A DNA stretch of 35,805 nucleotides from a virus, in the IMG/VR virus record IMGVR_UViG_3300045988_027647, positions 1 to 35,805 of that record; one strand, 5' to 3'. Made by a program: the position numbers and the translations under genes. This document shows, piece after piece, positions 6,686-16,096 of the stretch. Below the pieces are notes generated by a model. It had not been told where the DNA came from and did no database searches. It was given only the letters and a program-made list of their open reading frames with translations. Position 1 is the stretch's first letter. Every line of letters starts with the position of its first letter.

Positions 6686-7642
6686 TTATACCGTTGCAGC
6701 GGTACAAAGTTTCATATACTCCGGAACTGCAAGCATAGCATCAGCCGCAAATACGGTTGTACTGTAATACTTACGGTCTTTAGCGTCACGGATGAACGGA
6801 TCAATAGTCAAACTTGCATCTTCCAAAGCCAACTGAATGTTAGTTTTCGGAGAGAAAGCAATGAAAGACTGAACTGTCAAAGCGTCGCCTTTAGCGCTGT
6901 TAGATACGTGGCGAAGTTCGTTCACCTTGTAACCTTCGAAGTAGTACGCCGGTTTTCCATTCTCCATGTTAGCTTGTGCCAAATGGTTATCTTTTGCTTC
7001 TACCAGATCCTTGTAAGCACGCATAATGTCGCTAGTTACATAGAATTCTGAATCGTCCAGTTGATCGGCGCGCTGGTTGTCGATACACCATTTCAGACAT
7101 TCCAAAACGTTAGCACCAGCTCCAGATGGAACAAGGGCCTTAATTGATTCGGCTGATGCCTGCATCTGCTTGATGATACCACCGTTTTTAAACACGGTGT
7201 ATACACCCGCTGTATCAGTTGCTTTCAGACCGTCCAGCCATACGAGACGTAACATGTCAGCTTCCAATACTTTCAGAATTTCATTCTGCATGAAAGCCGC
7301 CAACTGTGTTTGGTCGAAATCAGCTGAAAGGTGAACGCCTTTTGCAACCATTTTGCCCCACAAGTCTTGCAGACAAACCACGATAGGCAACTCAATTTGT
7401 GCGTGATCGTAGTATTTAACCTTATCGTTAAGAGAACTATACTTGTATTCGCTATCACAGCCCGCGGAACGTCTTACCGCTTTGTCTGTTGCTGTGAAAG
7501 TCAAGATAGGTTTACCCTTTTCAATACCTGCTAACACGGTTACGCCGTTGGACAATTCGCCCTCCAGACCCAGTGTCAAAGAAATAACATCGGCTAGGCT
7601 GTCGATATTCAATTTGTTTAAATCGCTAAATGTAAATGCCAT
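6686..7642 (-). CDS. Major capsid protein candidate, 318 aa
   Basis: Its position directly after the scaffold/protease candidate, its size and its composition are typical of HK97-fold capsid proteins. No search was possible. Confidence 0.65.
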   Translation of the reverse strand: MAFTFSDLNKLNIDSLADVISLTLGLEGELSNGVTVLAGIEKGKPILTFTATDKAVRRSAGCDSEYKYSSLNDKVKYYDHAQIELPIVVCLQDLWGKMVAKGVHLSADFDQTQLAAFMQNEILKVLEADMLRLVWLDGLKATDTAGVYTVFKNGGIIKQMQASAESIKALVPSGAGANVLECLKWCIDNQRADQLDDSEFYVTSDIMRAYKDLVEAKDNHLAQANMENGKPAYYFEGYKVNELRHVSNSAKGDALTVQSFIAFSPKTNIQLALEDASLTIDPFIRDAKDRKYYSTTVFAADAMLAVPEYMKLCTAATV

Positions 7643-7662
7643 AATTTTAATGTTTTAGTAGA

Positions 7663-8682
7663 TTAATATTTGAATTTTTTACGCTGTTCATCCGCTGCTT
7701 TTTGAACGGCTTCACGGCTCAACTTAGTTTCGGTCTTAGTTTCTGTTTTGACCTCTGTTTTAGCCGCTGCTGGTGCGCCTGTACGTTTGCTTAACTGCGT
7801 TTTGAGTTCGGTTACAGTTTTCTTCAACTCGGTAACTTCTTTGCGGATCGCTGCAAGTTCTTCCGGTGTAGCCGTTTTCTTCTTGTCCTCTTCCGGCTTT
7901 TCTTCCTCGGTTGCTAACTCTTCCGGCTTTTCTTCCTCGGGCTTAGCTTCGCTTTCCACTTCCTTAACGTCGGAAATCTTTCCGGCTACGACTGAAATAA
8001 TCATGTCTTCACCTTCACCGATCGAAATGTAATAATCACCGTCTTCTACGGGTTTGCCCTCGGCGTCCTGTACTTCGTCGCCCAAAGCAGCTTGTTCGCC
8101 TTGTGCGATAATAACAAGCTCTCTTCCTTCTTTGGTTGTGACGGTTTCCCTAGCCAGCTTAGTAGATTTAACTCGCTCGACTAATTTTGTCCAAAATTTG
8201 CTCATTGATAATTTTTTTAAATTGTTATTAAATAAAGAACTAGTAGCCGCGGGAAGTCCCACCAAATCGGCACTAAATAATTCTCTTACTTCTGTTACGG
8301 TTGCGGTTTGCGTCGCTTCATCCAACTGCTTAACGTCAGACTGATTAACCGATACGCCTAATAATTCCGGCTCCTTCTCGATCATGGTAACCATAAAATT
8401 ATATTCGCTAGGATACGCTTTTTCCAGTGCTTCTGACATAACTAGATCAGCATAAACGGCTTTTTCGTCGTGCGTGAAGTTGACAAAATACCCGATATAC
8501 CCGTCTAGCAAGTCCTCACCGTTATGTGTGCGGCGTGCGTGAATAGGCCGGGTATTACCCAAGCCAACTATAGAAGGGAAAGCACTTGCAGAGATGACTA
8601 ATTTATAAGCCTTTCCCCCTTCTTCATAGTGGTTTGTGGTTTCCCCGGCTTCTATAATGCGTAATTTTTTAAATATTTTCAT
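7663..8682 (-). CDS. Scaffolding protein, possibly fused to an N-terminal prohead protease, 339 aa
   Basis: The C-terminal half is a highly charged E/K coiled coil with a duplicated PEEEKPEE segment. The N-terminal ~150 aa contain His (RRTHNGED) and GVSVN segments reminiscent of the S78 prohead protease. It lies immediately upstream of the MCP. Confidence 0.5.
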   Translation of the reverse strand: MKIFKKLRIIEAGETTNHYEEGGKAYKLVISASAFPSIVGLGNTRPIHARRTHNGEDLLDGYIGYFVNFTHDEKAVYADLVMSEALEKAYPSEYNFMVTMIEKEPELLGVSVNQSDVKQLDEATQTATVTEVRELFSADLVGLPAATSSLFNNNLKKLSMSKFWTKLVERVKSTKLARETVTTKEGRELVIIAQGEQAALGDEVQDAEGKPVEDGDYYISIGEGEDMIISVVAGKISDVKEVESEAKPEEEKPEELATEEEKPEEDKKKTATPEELAAIRKEVTELKKTVTELKTQLSKRTGAPAAAKTEVKTETKTETKLSREAVQKAADEQRKKFKY

Positions 8683-8702
8683 ATATTACTGTATTATTGG
8701 TA

Positions 8703-8710
8703 CAAAGATA
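8703..8710 (-). promoter_or_regulatory. Possible internal -7 box (TATCTTTG) ahead of the scaffold/capsid genes
   Basis: An intergenic TATCTTTG lies 21 nt upstream of ATG 8682. There is no correctly spaced -33 TTTG, so support is weak. Confidence 0.35.
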
Positions 8711-8749
8711 TATTATTTTACGGCACGAGGCCGCGGCTTTACCTACGAT

Positions 8750-11263
8750 TTATAGGCTAGCCGCTACCTGTACACTATTATATTGTTGTTGACCCTCGTC
8801 TATGTCGGTAACTGCCACCCGTGGAGCGGGAACACTAGCCACCGAATCGTACATAATCGCCGCTAATTTCCGCAAACTGTCATTCGACAAGCTGAAATTA
8901 CTAGGTAACTGCATAGTCGATCCGCCGCCTACGTCGATCTTCCCACCATTGGCGTACCGATACACACCAGACGAACCGAACGAACGCCCGCCGTACTCCA
9001 TATTAAGAGCCGATAACGCGTTGATCGCGCCGGACGCTTTACGATTGAGAATATACATATTCTCTCCGCCCTCGGCTTCGAACTGTTGACCATTCGACCC
9101 GGTGAACGTTACGCCGCCCGCCGCGTGGCTAGCTCCGTAAATCTGTCCACCCTTTGCGTATTTCTTCACGCTTGTATTTATCTTAGTGTCCGGATCTTTA
9201 GTCTTGTTAATGCTCATAACGTTCTTCATACCAGCCGCCACTACAATAGCCGCCTGCGCGATACCCCAGATACCACCCTGCGCCAGTGCTTTAGACGCAC
9301 CTAGATAAGTATTGATAAGTGCTTGTGCCGTGGCAAATGCTTTGCCCGCCGCGCTCTCTTCGCCTAGTAAGCTAGAGAGTTGTCCGGCTGTGCCCGCCGC
9401 CATCTCCAATTGCGCGTTATAGTAGTCCCGTTTCCGCTCTTTCTTCAGAATATCGTACTTCTCCTCTATGGAGGCCGTCTCTGCTCCGATGGCTTCCGCG
9501 TTAGCGATCTCGGCCGCCTTTTGCGCGTCTAACCGGGCTAACTGACTTTCAAGATCGTTGTTCATTTTCATATCAGCTAGCGCGCGGTCGTTCTCCAGGT
9601 TGAGGGCTTGACGGTCTCTTTCCTTCTGGTCTTCCTCGTCCTTCCGGGACTTGACCTCCGCGGCGTATTCCAACTCGAGTTGGCGAACGTTGTTAATGTA
9701 TTCTTGTTCACCTATAAGACCTTGTGCCCGTCTGTACGTCTCAATCTCTATCTTTTTATCGTTCACCGCTTGCAATTCTTGTAACGACGTTTGAGCGCCT
9801 TCTAGTTCCCGTTGCGCTATATCCAGCTGCATCGCGGTAACCGCTTCCGAATATTTCTTAAGTTGTGCGTCCTGTGCCGCCTTGATCGCGTCCTGCGCCT
9901 TCTTATGCGCGTCCGCTTCTCTCTTCGCTGCATCTTCCGCCGCCTTCGCTGACTTCGCCGCCGCCGCTTGTGCCGCTTGTGCCTGCTTGTCACGCTCCTG
10001 TTTGATGAAGCCGGACACTTGTCCCGCCATTTCTTTCTCCTGTGTAGCGTAACTTGCTCTAGCCGCTTCGAGTGCTGCAAGTGCTTCCTGTTCTTTCCGT
10101 GCGTCCTCGTCGCTAGTATATCCTAATTGGTTCTCGGCTTTGATCTGCTTGTATTTAGCATCCAGTACTGACAACTCCATATCACGGATGGCATGCAACT
10201 TTTCCCTAGCTTGTTCCAATAACTTAGTACGCTCCGCCGCTGACTTGTTTTGATCCGCTGCCAGTGTCTTAAGTTCTTCCATCTCGCGCCGCATTTGCGC
10301 CATTGGAACGAGTGCCGCCGTTTCAGCTTGGTAAATCTTCTGCGTTTGGGCTGCTAGTTTCGCACCTTCCGCCGCCGCTCTCTTTGTCTCCTCACTGATA
10401 AGCCCTAGTTTGTCTAGAAGCCATGTAACGGCTTTAGCAATGTTCTCAAGCACGAACGCCACACCTTTGAATAGATCGGTTATCCAGTCCAGCAAACGCC
10501 CGAGAATGACCTTAAACGGAGCGAACGCCGCTTGCAGGCTAGTCGCTAACTCGCTGTTGCGTTTCATCAGCTTCTCGATGATACCGATAAGAGTTAAGAC
10601 TATAGACACGACAAATATAATAGGGTTCGCCTTTAGCGCCGCGTTGAACGCCTGCACCCCGGTTATGCCGCTTTTCATTTGCCCTACCAGCGCACCCGTG
10701 CTACCAGACAACCCTTGTGTTTGCAATATGCCGTCCTTGACGCTCTCGGCATAATTACCGACATTACGACGGTTGTCGCCTACCGACTTTTCCAGCTCCT
10801 TAAGTTTGTCCGATAACGCCTTGGTTTGCTCGGTCAGGTCTTGACCTTCCTTGCTGGTAGTCCGTTGCGCCTCGCTCATCTTGTTCAGCTCCGTGGTGTT
10901 TTGCGCCAGTTGGGCGCGTAGGGCGTTGACGCTCGTAGCCTCATTGTCCAGGAGCGTTTTTGTAGACTTGATTTCGGCGTTATTCTTTTTGTTCGCCTCG
11001 GTATTGTCCAGTATCGCTTTTTGCGTCTCGATCAGAGACTTGTTCAGCTTCTTAACAGTCGCGTCGTACTTGTCCTGCTGTACAAGCCCGTCCGCGTAGT
11101 TCTGGTTTAGCGCGTCCAGCTCCTTCTTCTCGGAGGCGTACGCCGCTTGCAAATCCTTTTTAGTCTTTGCAAGGGACATACTCTTAGCTATTAACGCGTC
11201 TAGCCCCTTCTCGGCTTCTGACGTGCCGAAATTAAGGTCTAATAATGTTACTTGATCCGCCAT
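8750..11263 (-). CDS. Tape-measure-like protein (or internal/ejection protein), 837 aa
   Basis: Long Ala/Gln/Glu/Lys coiled-coil stretches, internal hydrophobic segments (IIFVVSIVLTLIGII; GIWGIAQAAIVVAAG) and a Gly-rich C-terminal region. No upstream chaperone pair or frameshift site was seen. Confidence 0.55.
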   Translation of the reverse strand: MADQVTLLDLNFGTSEAEKGLDALIAKSMSLAKTKKDLQAAYASEKKELDALNQNYADGLVQQDKYDATVKKLNKSLIETQKAILDNTEANKKNNAEIKSTKTLLDNEATSVNALRAQLAQNTTELNKMSEAQRTTSKEGQDLTEQTKALSDKLKELEKSVGDNRRNVGNYAESVKDGILQTQGLSGSTGALVGQMKSGITGVQAFNAALKANPIIFVVSIVLTLIGIIEKLMKRNSELATSLQAAFAPFKVILGRLLDWITDLFKGVAFVLENIAKAVTWLLDKLGLISEETKRAAAEGAKLAAQTQKIYQAETAALVPMAQMRREMEELKTLAADQNKSAAERTKLLEQAREKLHAIRDMELSVLDAKYKQIKAENQLGYTSDEDARKEQEALAALEAARASYATQEKEMAGQVSGFIKQERDKQAQAAQAAAAKSAKAAEDAAKREADAHKKAQDAIKAAQDAQLKKYSEAVTAMQLDIAQRELEGAQTSLQELQAVNDKKIEIETYRRAQGLIGEQEYINNVRQLELEYAAEVKSRKDEEDQKERDRQALNLENDRALADMKMNNDLESQLARLDAQKAAEIANAEAIGAETASIEEKYDILKKERKRDYYNAQLEMAAGTAGQLSSLLGEESAAGKAFATAQALINTYLGASKALAQGGIWGIAQAAIVVAAGMKNVMSINKTKDPDTKINTSVKKYAKGGQIYGASHAAGGVTFTGSNGQQFEAEGGENMYILNRKASGAINALSALNMEYGGRSFGSSGVYRYANGGKIDVGGGSTMQLPSNFSLSNDSLRKLAAIMYDSVASVPAPRVAVTDIDEGQQQYNSVQVAASL

Positions 11264-11270
11264 TTTTATG

Positions 11271-13016
11271 TTATTTTAAATCCATTTTGTACAAAGATAG
11301 CTTACAATTCCCGGTTGCTACGTCATATTCGCCTAGAGATTTGATATAGAAGTAGCTGTTCAGCTGCGAAAAGTAGTAAGCATCCCCCAATCGTAGGTTT
11401 TCAACGTCCGCGTATTCTAGTTGCGCTTTGATTTTAACCTGTACCCGTGATCTGAACATCTTGAAATGCCGGTTTACATACTGGTAATAGATATTTTTTA
11501 CAAACGTATAATTGTAATTATAATTGTTAGGTTTGGCAAACGCTGCAGTTAGCCCCATGATCGGGAATACCCTGCTGTTATACGAGAACTTAACAGATGA
11601 TTTGTACGCCTCCTTAACAGGTGTTACCGTTCCAGGCCCGTTGGAATAGCTGAATTTTTCCGATCCAATCGTACAAATGTATTGGTCCGCGAATTCGTCG
11701 GGAACGTCTACGGTTTCAACGCTACGTAGTTTGTCACTCCAATCGTGTACGCGTGCCCATGCCATCGATGTACCGTCCCGTAGGTCGGCATCTACTATCG
11801 GCTCGACACGTAACGTGCCGTTGCGGTAAATCTTCCTCCAATGCCATGCCGTGCACATGTCGTCCACTATGTTTTTTACGTCCGTGTATGGAAAATCTAT
11901 GGCTACATTAGTGACTGAATCGTATTGCGGCTTGAGGGCTGCATCGAACACCGCCTGCCCCGCCCCGCATCTTATCAGCTCTTCCGGGTCGTATCCGTCC
12001 GGGAATCTGAAATAATCCGTACGGGTCACGCCTCCGATAGTCGCCGCCAGTTGCATGTATGCGTCCTGTTTAGGGCAAACCGTCATTTGTGCATTATTCT
12101 CTGTAACGTAAATCCAGATGCGGTCGGTTATGCTCCCGTAGTAAGACATTGACCGCCCCACCCCCGATACCGCACCGCGTAACTGAATAGTAGGTTTAGT
12201 AGTCGGTATTGCATTTCCCTTGTATTCGACGATCATTTGGAACTGCTGGTTCTCGCCCGCCGAAATGAGGAATCCCGCTGGGCTTCCCCCCGTACGGTTT
12301 CCGAAGTACGAAGCGTACATATATATCTGTGAGTTATCCAGCACAACCGCCGCGGTGTCCGGATACTTATATCCCCCGCGTCCCTTGGTGCTGCCTTTAG
12401 GCAGAAACTTCACCGTTCCCGTCGCTACGTTGTCCTGCCAGGTGATATTGCCACGTGCGCAAACCATGGTAGGCGCTAATACATCAGCGTCTTCCGGTTG
12501 AGGAAGCAGACCACCCGGGTTGAAAAACGGGTTGATCGCCGGGAACGTTATTTGCGGAAAGTCCACGTACTCGCGGACTATCTTTGCAAGGTTAGCGGCG
12601 CTTAAGTTTATGCCGCCGTCCTTCACAAGGCTGAAATCCGGTAACGTCGATATAGGCTTGCTCACGTCAGCCCACTTATCCGTACTCTCGATCAAATTAA
12701 TAGTGTACTCCGTTTCAGTCGCTGATACCTTCGCATAAAACTGTGTAGGCTCGTCGGACACATAAGCGTAATACTTGAACGGTATAGACGATACGCGCAC
12801 CTCGGCTACGTAATACTCACAGTTAAGCAAGCCTTTGTTCAGCCCTATGAACGTCCGGTCATTGTCGGGCGTTCTCGGCACTTTTATCGTAGCACTGAAC
12901 GCTACACTATCCCCGGTCATAGTAACCGGGGAAATGTTGTTTAATGTGATCTTGACCGTTGCGTTATCTAAACCGTCTATGTCGTAACCGTTAACTCTTA
13001 ATGATACTATTTTCAT
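11271..13016 (-). CDS. Tail/baseplate structural protein, 581 aa
   Basis: A large ORF between two tail-type genes. The N-terminus is vaguely like a distal tail protein. The function is not established. Confidence 0.5.
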   Translation of the reverse strand: MKIVSLRVNGYDIDGLDNATVKITLNNISPVTMTGDSVAFSATIKVPRTPDNDRTFIGLNKGLLNCEYYVAEVRVSSIPFKYYAYVSDEPTQFYAKVSATETEYTINLIESTDKWADVSKPISTLPDFSLVKDGGINLSAANLAKIVREYVDFPQITFPAINPFFNPGGLLPQPEDADVLAPTMVCARGNITWQDNVATGTVKFLPKGSTKGRGGYKYPDTAAVVLDNSQIYMYASYFGNRTGGSPAGFLISAGENQQFQMIVEYKGNAIPTTKPTIQLRGAVSGVGRSMSYYGSITDRIWIYVTENNAQMTVCPKQDAYMQLAATIGGVTRTDYFRFPDGYDPEELIRCGAGQAVFDAALKPQYDSVTNVAIDFPYTDVKNIVDDMCTAWHWRKIYRNGTLRVEPIVDADLRDGTSMAWARVHDWSDKLRSVETVDVPDEFADQYICTIGSEKFSYSNGPGTVTPVKEAYKSSVKFSYNSRVFPIMGLTAAFAKPNNYNYNYTFVKNIYYQYVNRHFKMFRSRVQVKIKAQLEYADVENLRLGDAYYFSQLNSYFYIKSLGEYDVATGNCKLSLYKMDLK

Positions 13017-13017
13017 C

Positions 13018-15252
13018 TTATCCCTCCTGTGTGATTAAACAAATTGCGATCTCGTGCGTAGTCGTGTTCTCTAGTCTCAACTGCCCGCTGCGTTTTGCCC
13101 CCGTGTTGTTCGGCTGGTCGAAACCTACGCCTATTACACTCGAGCCAGAACTGCCAGCCGTAGGTGCAACAAATACCCAATTCGGCGCGCTACTCACAAT
13201 CCAGCTATTGCTAGAAACACAAGTAACCGGTGCAGAATCCGCTCCGGCTTTAGGCCCCGTCACCTTTGTAGGCGTTACACTGATTGAAGTTGGCACGCCT
13301 CCCTGATTAACTGTAACTACCGCTATTTCCCCGGTTACATCATTGCGAAACGTTATTGTTCCGATTCTCGCGTCGTTACTCGTGTTGTCTGCGATCGTTA
13401 ACGTTACGGCGGTTGTTCCGTTTGCACCTGCAAATAAGTTCGGTGTGATCCATGAATCCCTTTGAAAAATAAGCCATGCGCCAACCGAAATTACATTAAT
13501 GGAAACAGGTAAATTAACGTACCCCGCTGCGATCGTCGGGGTGTCAACCGATATGTTACCCGAAACCCCGGCCTGCATAACGGTTATATTGTACGTAGCG
13601 GACCCCGCCTTGCTCTTCAATACGATGTTACCCGATCTAGCCCCGCCCGTATTTGGGGCTATTGTGCCGTATATGTATTGTGTCCCCGCCTTGCCTATCC
13701 GTGTGTATATACTGTTGTCAGACACGCCAATTTGGGCGGCTGTTGCTTCGCTAGGCGCGATGGGGGAACTAGGGACTTTAGAAAGACGTATGCTAACGAA
13801 CGCCACCGTTCCGGAAGATGTGTAAACCCTAGTGCTAACATTTGCATCCGTTGCAATGGTTTGTGCGCTAATTACTTTTAAATCAGAGCCGTACGAAAAA
13901 ATAGCCATAGAGTATCCAGGAATAAATGACCGTACCAGCATTTGCATCCCGTATATAGGTATTAAATTTTTAAGCCTAATATAAACAGATGAATCAAATT
14001 TTGAATCCTCGTATGGAGTGCCCACAGAACCCGACAAGCTCCCTTGCTCGAAATCAGCCGCGGTCAACGTTATCATATCACCGAAGGAGAACCAAACCGG
14101 TTTGCTCTGCACCTCCCATGCCGCGTTACTGTATATGCTGTTAGTAAGTCCTTCCGCATAGCTTGCACCGATCGTCCACGGGTTGCGCTGCGCGCTAAAC
14201 GCGATCGACGGTGTAGACGGTTGATCCGGTGAAAGCGGAAACATGTAGTTATCTTGTAGCTCCGTTGTTCTGAACCGTACTTGTTGGCGATACGTCTTGG
14301 TACTGTTTGACCAGCGCGCGCCTGTGTCTCCTGAAACTTCCGCCCTAAAGCGTTTAGACTGGTATTGGTTTATACCTGGTATGTTCAACTCGAACACTAC
14401 GTTTGAAGAAACTAGCAACTCTTGATACACGTTATACCACTCTTCGCCGTACTCTAGATTAATGGTGATCTCCGCTTGTTCCGTCACGCCTCCACGTCCC
14501 CGGATCGGTGTGAACTTGTTAGACCAAAAGTAGTCCTTGAACGCCGCCCAAAACCATTGGCCATTGCGCATGTTCCATCTAGCGCGCAAAGCGCATTGCA
14601 GGCTCTCATCATAAACAGCGTCGGACATTAGGCGATCTTCGTAGTTAATCACTTGATCCAGTCCAGACCCCCAAACATTCTTAATCGTCAACTTCTTGAT
14701 ATACGTAATATCAATAGTGTTCCCCAGCACGTAGGTAGTGGGAAAGATCGCCGAACCAGGCGCACCCGACACAGGTTCAATTTGAACAGATAACGCGTCA
14801 GACGGGTGTATAACATGGGGGAAGAATATGTCTAGTGTATGCCCCGGTATACGCGGTTTCGGCGGTTGGGGAAGAGCGGCATCTACTCCTAGAGTGTCCC
14901 AGTATGTAAGATCGCAATGGAATACGGGTATGATGATCCTAGTCGCTATATCAGTACTCCAGAACAATAGTTCTTGCTGCATAAACCAAGGCGTACCCTC
15001 TGATACGTTACGGTCCGCGCGCTTAAGCAAAGGGGCGGCAAAGGATAGGTCTAAGTCCATCCCGTACTGCTGATAGGGCAAAGTTACGGTTTTAACCGCC
15101 GATCCGCTGTTCCTCACAGTAATATTCACAGGCTCGTTTGTGCCCGTTGTCACCTTCACCATTAGCGGGCGTGTAGCCCACAAGGGTAATTGCCCGTCAT
15201 AGGTTTGCCCGTCGGTTAGTGTTACATCTGCTATCGGTATATATATGTTCAT
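13018..15252 (-). CDS. Tail-associated receptor-binding protein with a CBM-like domain and C-terminal BACON-like repeats, 744 aa
   Basis: Three C-terminal repeats end in ARSGNIVLKS..YNITVMQAG, DARIGTITFRN..AVVTVNQGG and AKRSGQLRLEN..AICLITQEG, which is the BACON signature R-x-G/A-x-I...V-x-Q-x-G. The DFEQG...AAQIGV segment is shared with the 793-aa protein. Confidence 0.7.
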   Translation of the reverse strand: MNIYIPIADVTLTDGQTYDGQLPLWATRPLMVKVTTGTNEPVNITVRNSGSAVKTVTLPYQQYGMDLDLSFAAPLLKRADRNVSEGTPWFMQQELLFWSTDIATRIIIPVFHCDLTYWDTLGVDAALPQPPKPRIPGHTLDIFFPHVIHPSDALSVQIEPVSGAPGSAIFPTTYVLGNTIDITYIKKLTIKNVWGSGLDQVINYEDRLMSDAVYDESLQCALRARWNMRNGQWFWAAFKDYFWSNKFTPIRGRGGVTEQAEITINLEYGEEWYNVYQELLVSSNVVFELNIPGINQYQSKRFRAEVSGDTGARWSNSTKTYRQQVRFRTTELQDNYMFPLSPDQPSTPSIAFSAQRNPWTIGASYAEGLTNSIYSNAAWEVQSKPVWFSFGDMITLTAADFEQGSLSGSVGTPYEDSKFDSSVYIRLKNLIPIYGMQMLVRSFIPGYSMAIFSYGSDLKVISAQTIATDANVSTRVYTSSGTVAFVSIRLSKVPSSPIAPSEATAAQIGVSDNSIYTRIGKAGTQYIYGTIAPNTGGARSGNIVLKSKAGSATYNITVMQAGVSGNISVDTPTIAAGYVNLPVSINVISVGAWLIFQRDSWITPNLFAGANGTTAVTLTIADNTSNDARIGTITFRNDVTGEIAVVTVNQGGVPTSISVTPTKVTGPKAGADSAPVTCVSSNSWIVSSAPNWVFVAPTAGSSGSSVIGVGFDQPNNTGAKRSGQLRLENTTTHEIAICLITQEG

Positions 15253-15698
15253 TATTTAATATTTAAAGTGTCAATAATAGCGTATCTAATTATAGTTACT
15301 ATCTCATTTTGTAACTTCAAGACCCTAGCAGGGTTGAGAACGTCCGACACCACGCCGCCGGGGTTGTGGCTGTTTGGTACCTTGATCCCTTCTTCACCGA
15401 TAGCCTTCGCGATCGGATAAGCCGCGCTTAACGGTATGTTCGCGCCTTGCTTGTTCTTGTCCTCGATCCATTTACGTATGATCCACAATGGCGGACGTTT
15501 TCCCGCTATCCTTCCGCCTTCCATCGCACCCACATAGCGCGGCGCTGTGATACGGGCGTTATTGCCGCTTACAACCAACTTTAGCTCTTTGGCAAAGTTA
15601 CCGGATGCCATCAGCCCTTTAGCCTTGTACGAGGCTTCTATATCGTCCCGTAGCTTGGTTAGTAGTACCTCTATTTCCAACATCGCGTTACGTGCCAT
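15252..15698 (-). CDS. Hypothetical virion protein, 148 aa
   Basis: ORF track. Its start and stop are coupled to both neighbouring genes. No motif recognised. Confidence 0.5.
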   Translation of the reverse strand: MARNAMLEIEVLLTKLRDDIEASYKAKGLMASGNFAKELKLVVSGNNARITAPRYVGAMEGGRIAGKRPPLWIIRKWIEDKNKQGANIPLSAAYPIAKAIGEEGIKVPNSHNPGGVVSDVLNPARVLKLQNEIVTIIRYAIIDTLNIK

Positions 15699-16096
15699 TA
15701 TTCAGATAGATTAAGAGTTATCTCCCAGCCCGATTTGGGACTGTCATATATGTTTTGGCGCTTGACAACCGCCGCGCCTTCCGACTCATAGAGGCAAACC
15801 GCCTTCTTCGCTATGTCCGTTATGACTGTAAACGTCCGATCTAGTACGTCGATCTCGGACATGTCGTCGCGCTCGTAGTGCGAAGTCCCCAGCACCTGTA
15901 TAAGCACTGTGATCGAGAACGCCTCGGCGGCGTAGTCGTTATAGTCCTGCCTTCCTCCGGGCACATCAACAAAGATAAAATCACCCGTTATATCGTTTGC
16001 CAGTCGATTACGTGTGGCTTCATCTCCAAAGAATACGGGAAGCGCGTGTTGCGCCCCCCATGTTCCAACCTGATCTAGTATTCCTTTAAAGGTCAT
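15698..16096 (-). CDS. Hypothetical virion protein, 132 aa
   Basis: ORF track. It overlaps the upstream gene's end by 11 nt. No motif recognised. Confidence 0.5.
   Translation of the reverse strand: MTFKGILDQVGTWGAQHALPVFFGDEATRNRLANDITGDFIFVDVPGGRQDYNDYAAEAFSITVLIQVLGTSHYERDDMSEIDVLDRTFTVITDIAKKAVCLYESEGAAVVKRQNIYDSPKSGWEITLNLSE

Noticed and set aside
9817-10080. Minus-strand ORFs nested in alternative frames of larger genes (9817-10080, 3107-3367, 3756-4043, 7273-7458, 18214-18402, 22720-22971, 29880-30086, 31696-31890, 33850-34068).
   Set aside because: They are fully embedded in genes with strong motif support. Their translations are Arg/Ser/Cys-rich frame artefacts; 9817-10080, for example, is almost pure R/K/H from the GC-rich Ala-codon region of the tape-measure-like gene.
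13017-13035. GGAGG-like sequences upstream of a few starts (13016, 20485, 25862, 2967) as evidence for SD-dependent translation or a non-Bacteroidota host.
   Set aside because: These lie inside the 3' coding ends of the upstream genes (Gly/Glu codons). Most starts lack them. Only the motif at 5587-5595 is intergenic, and it is noted under the paralog finding.
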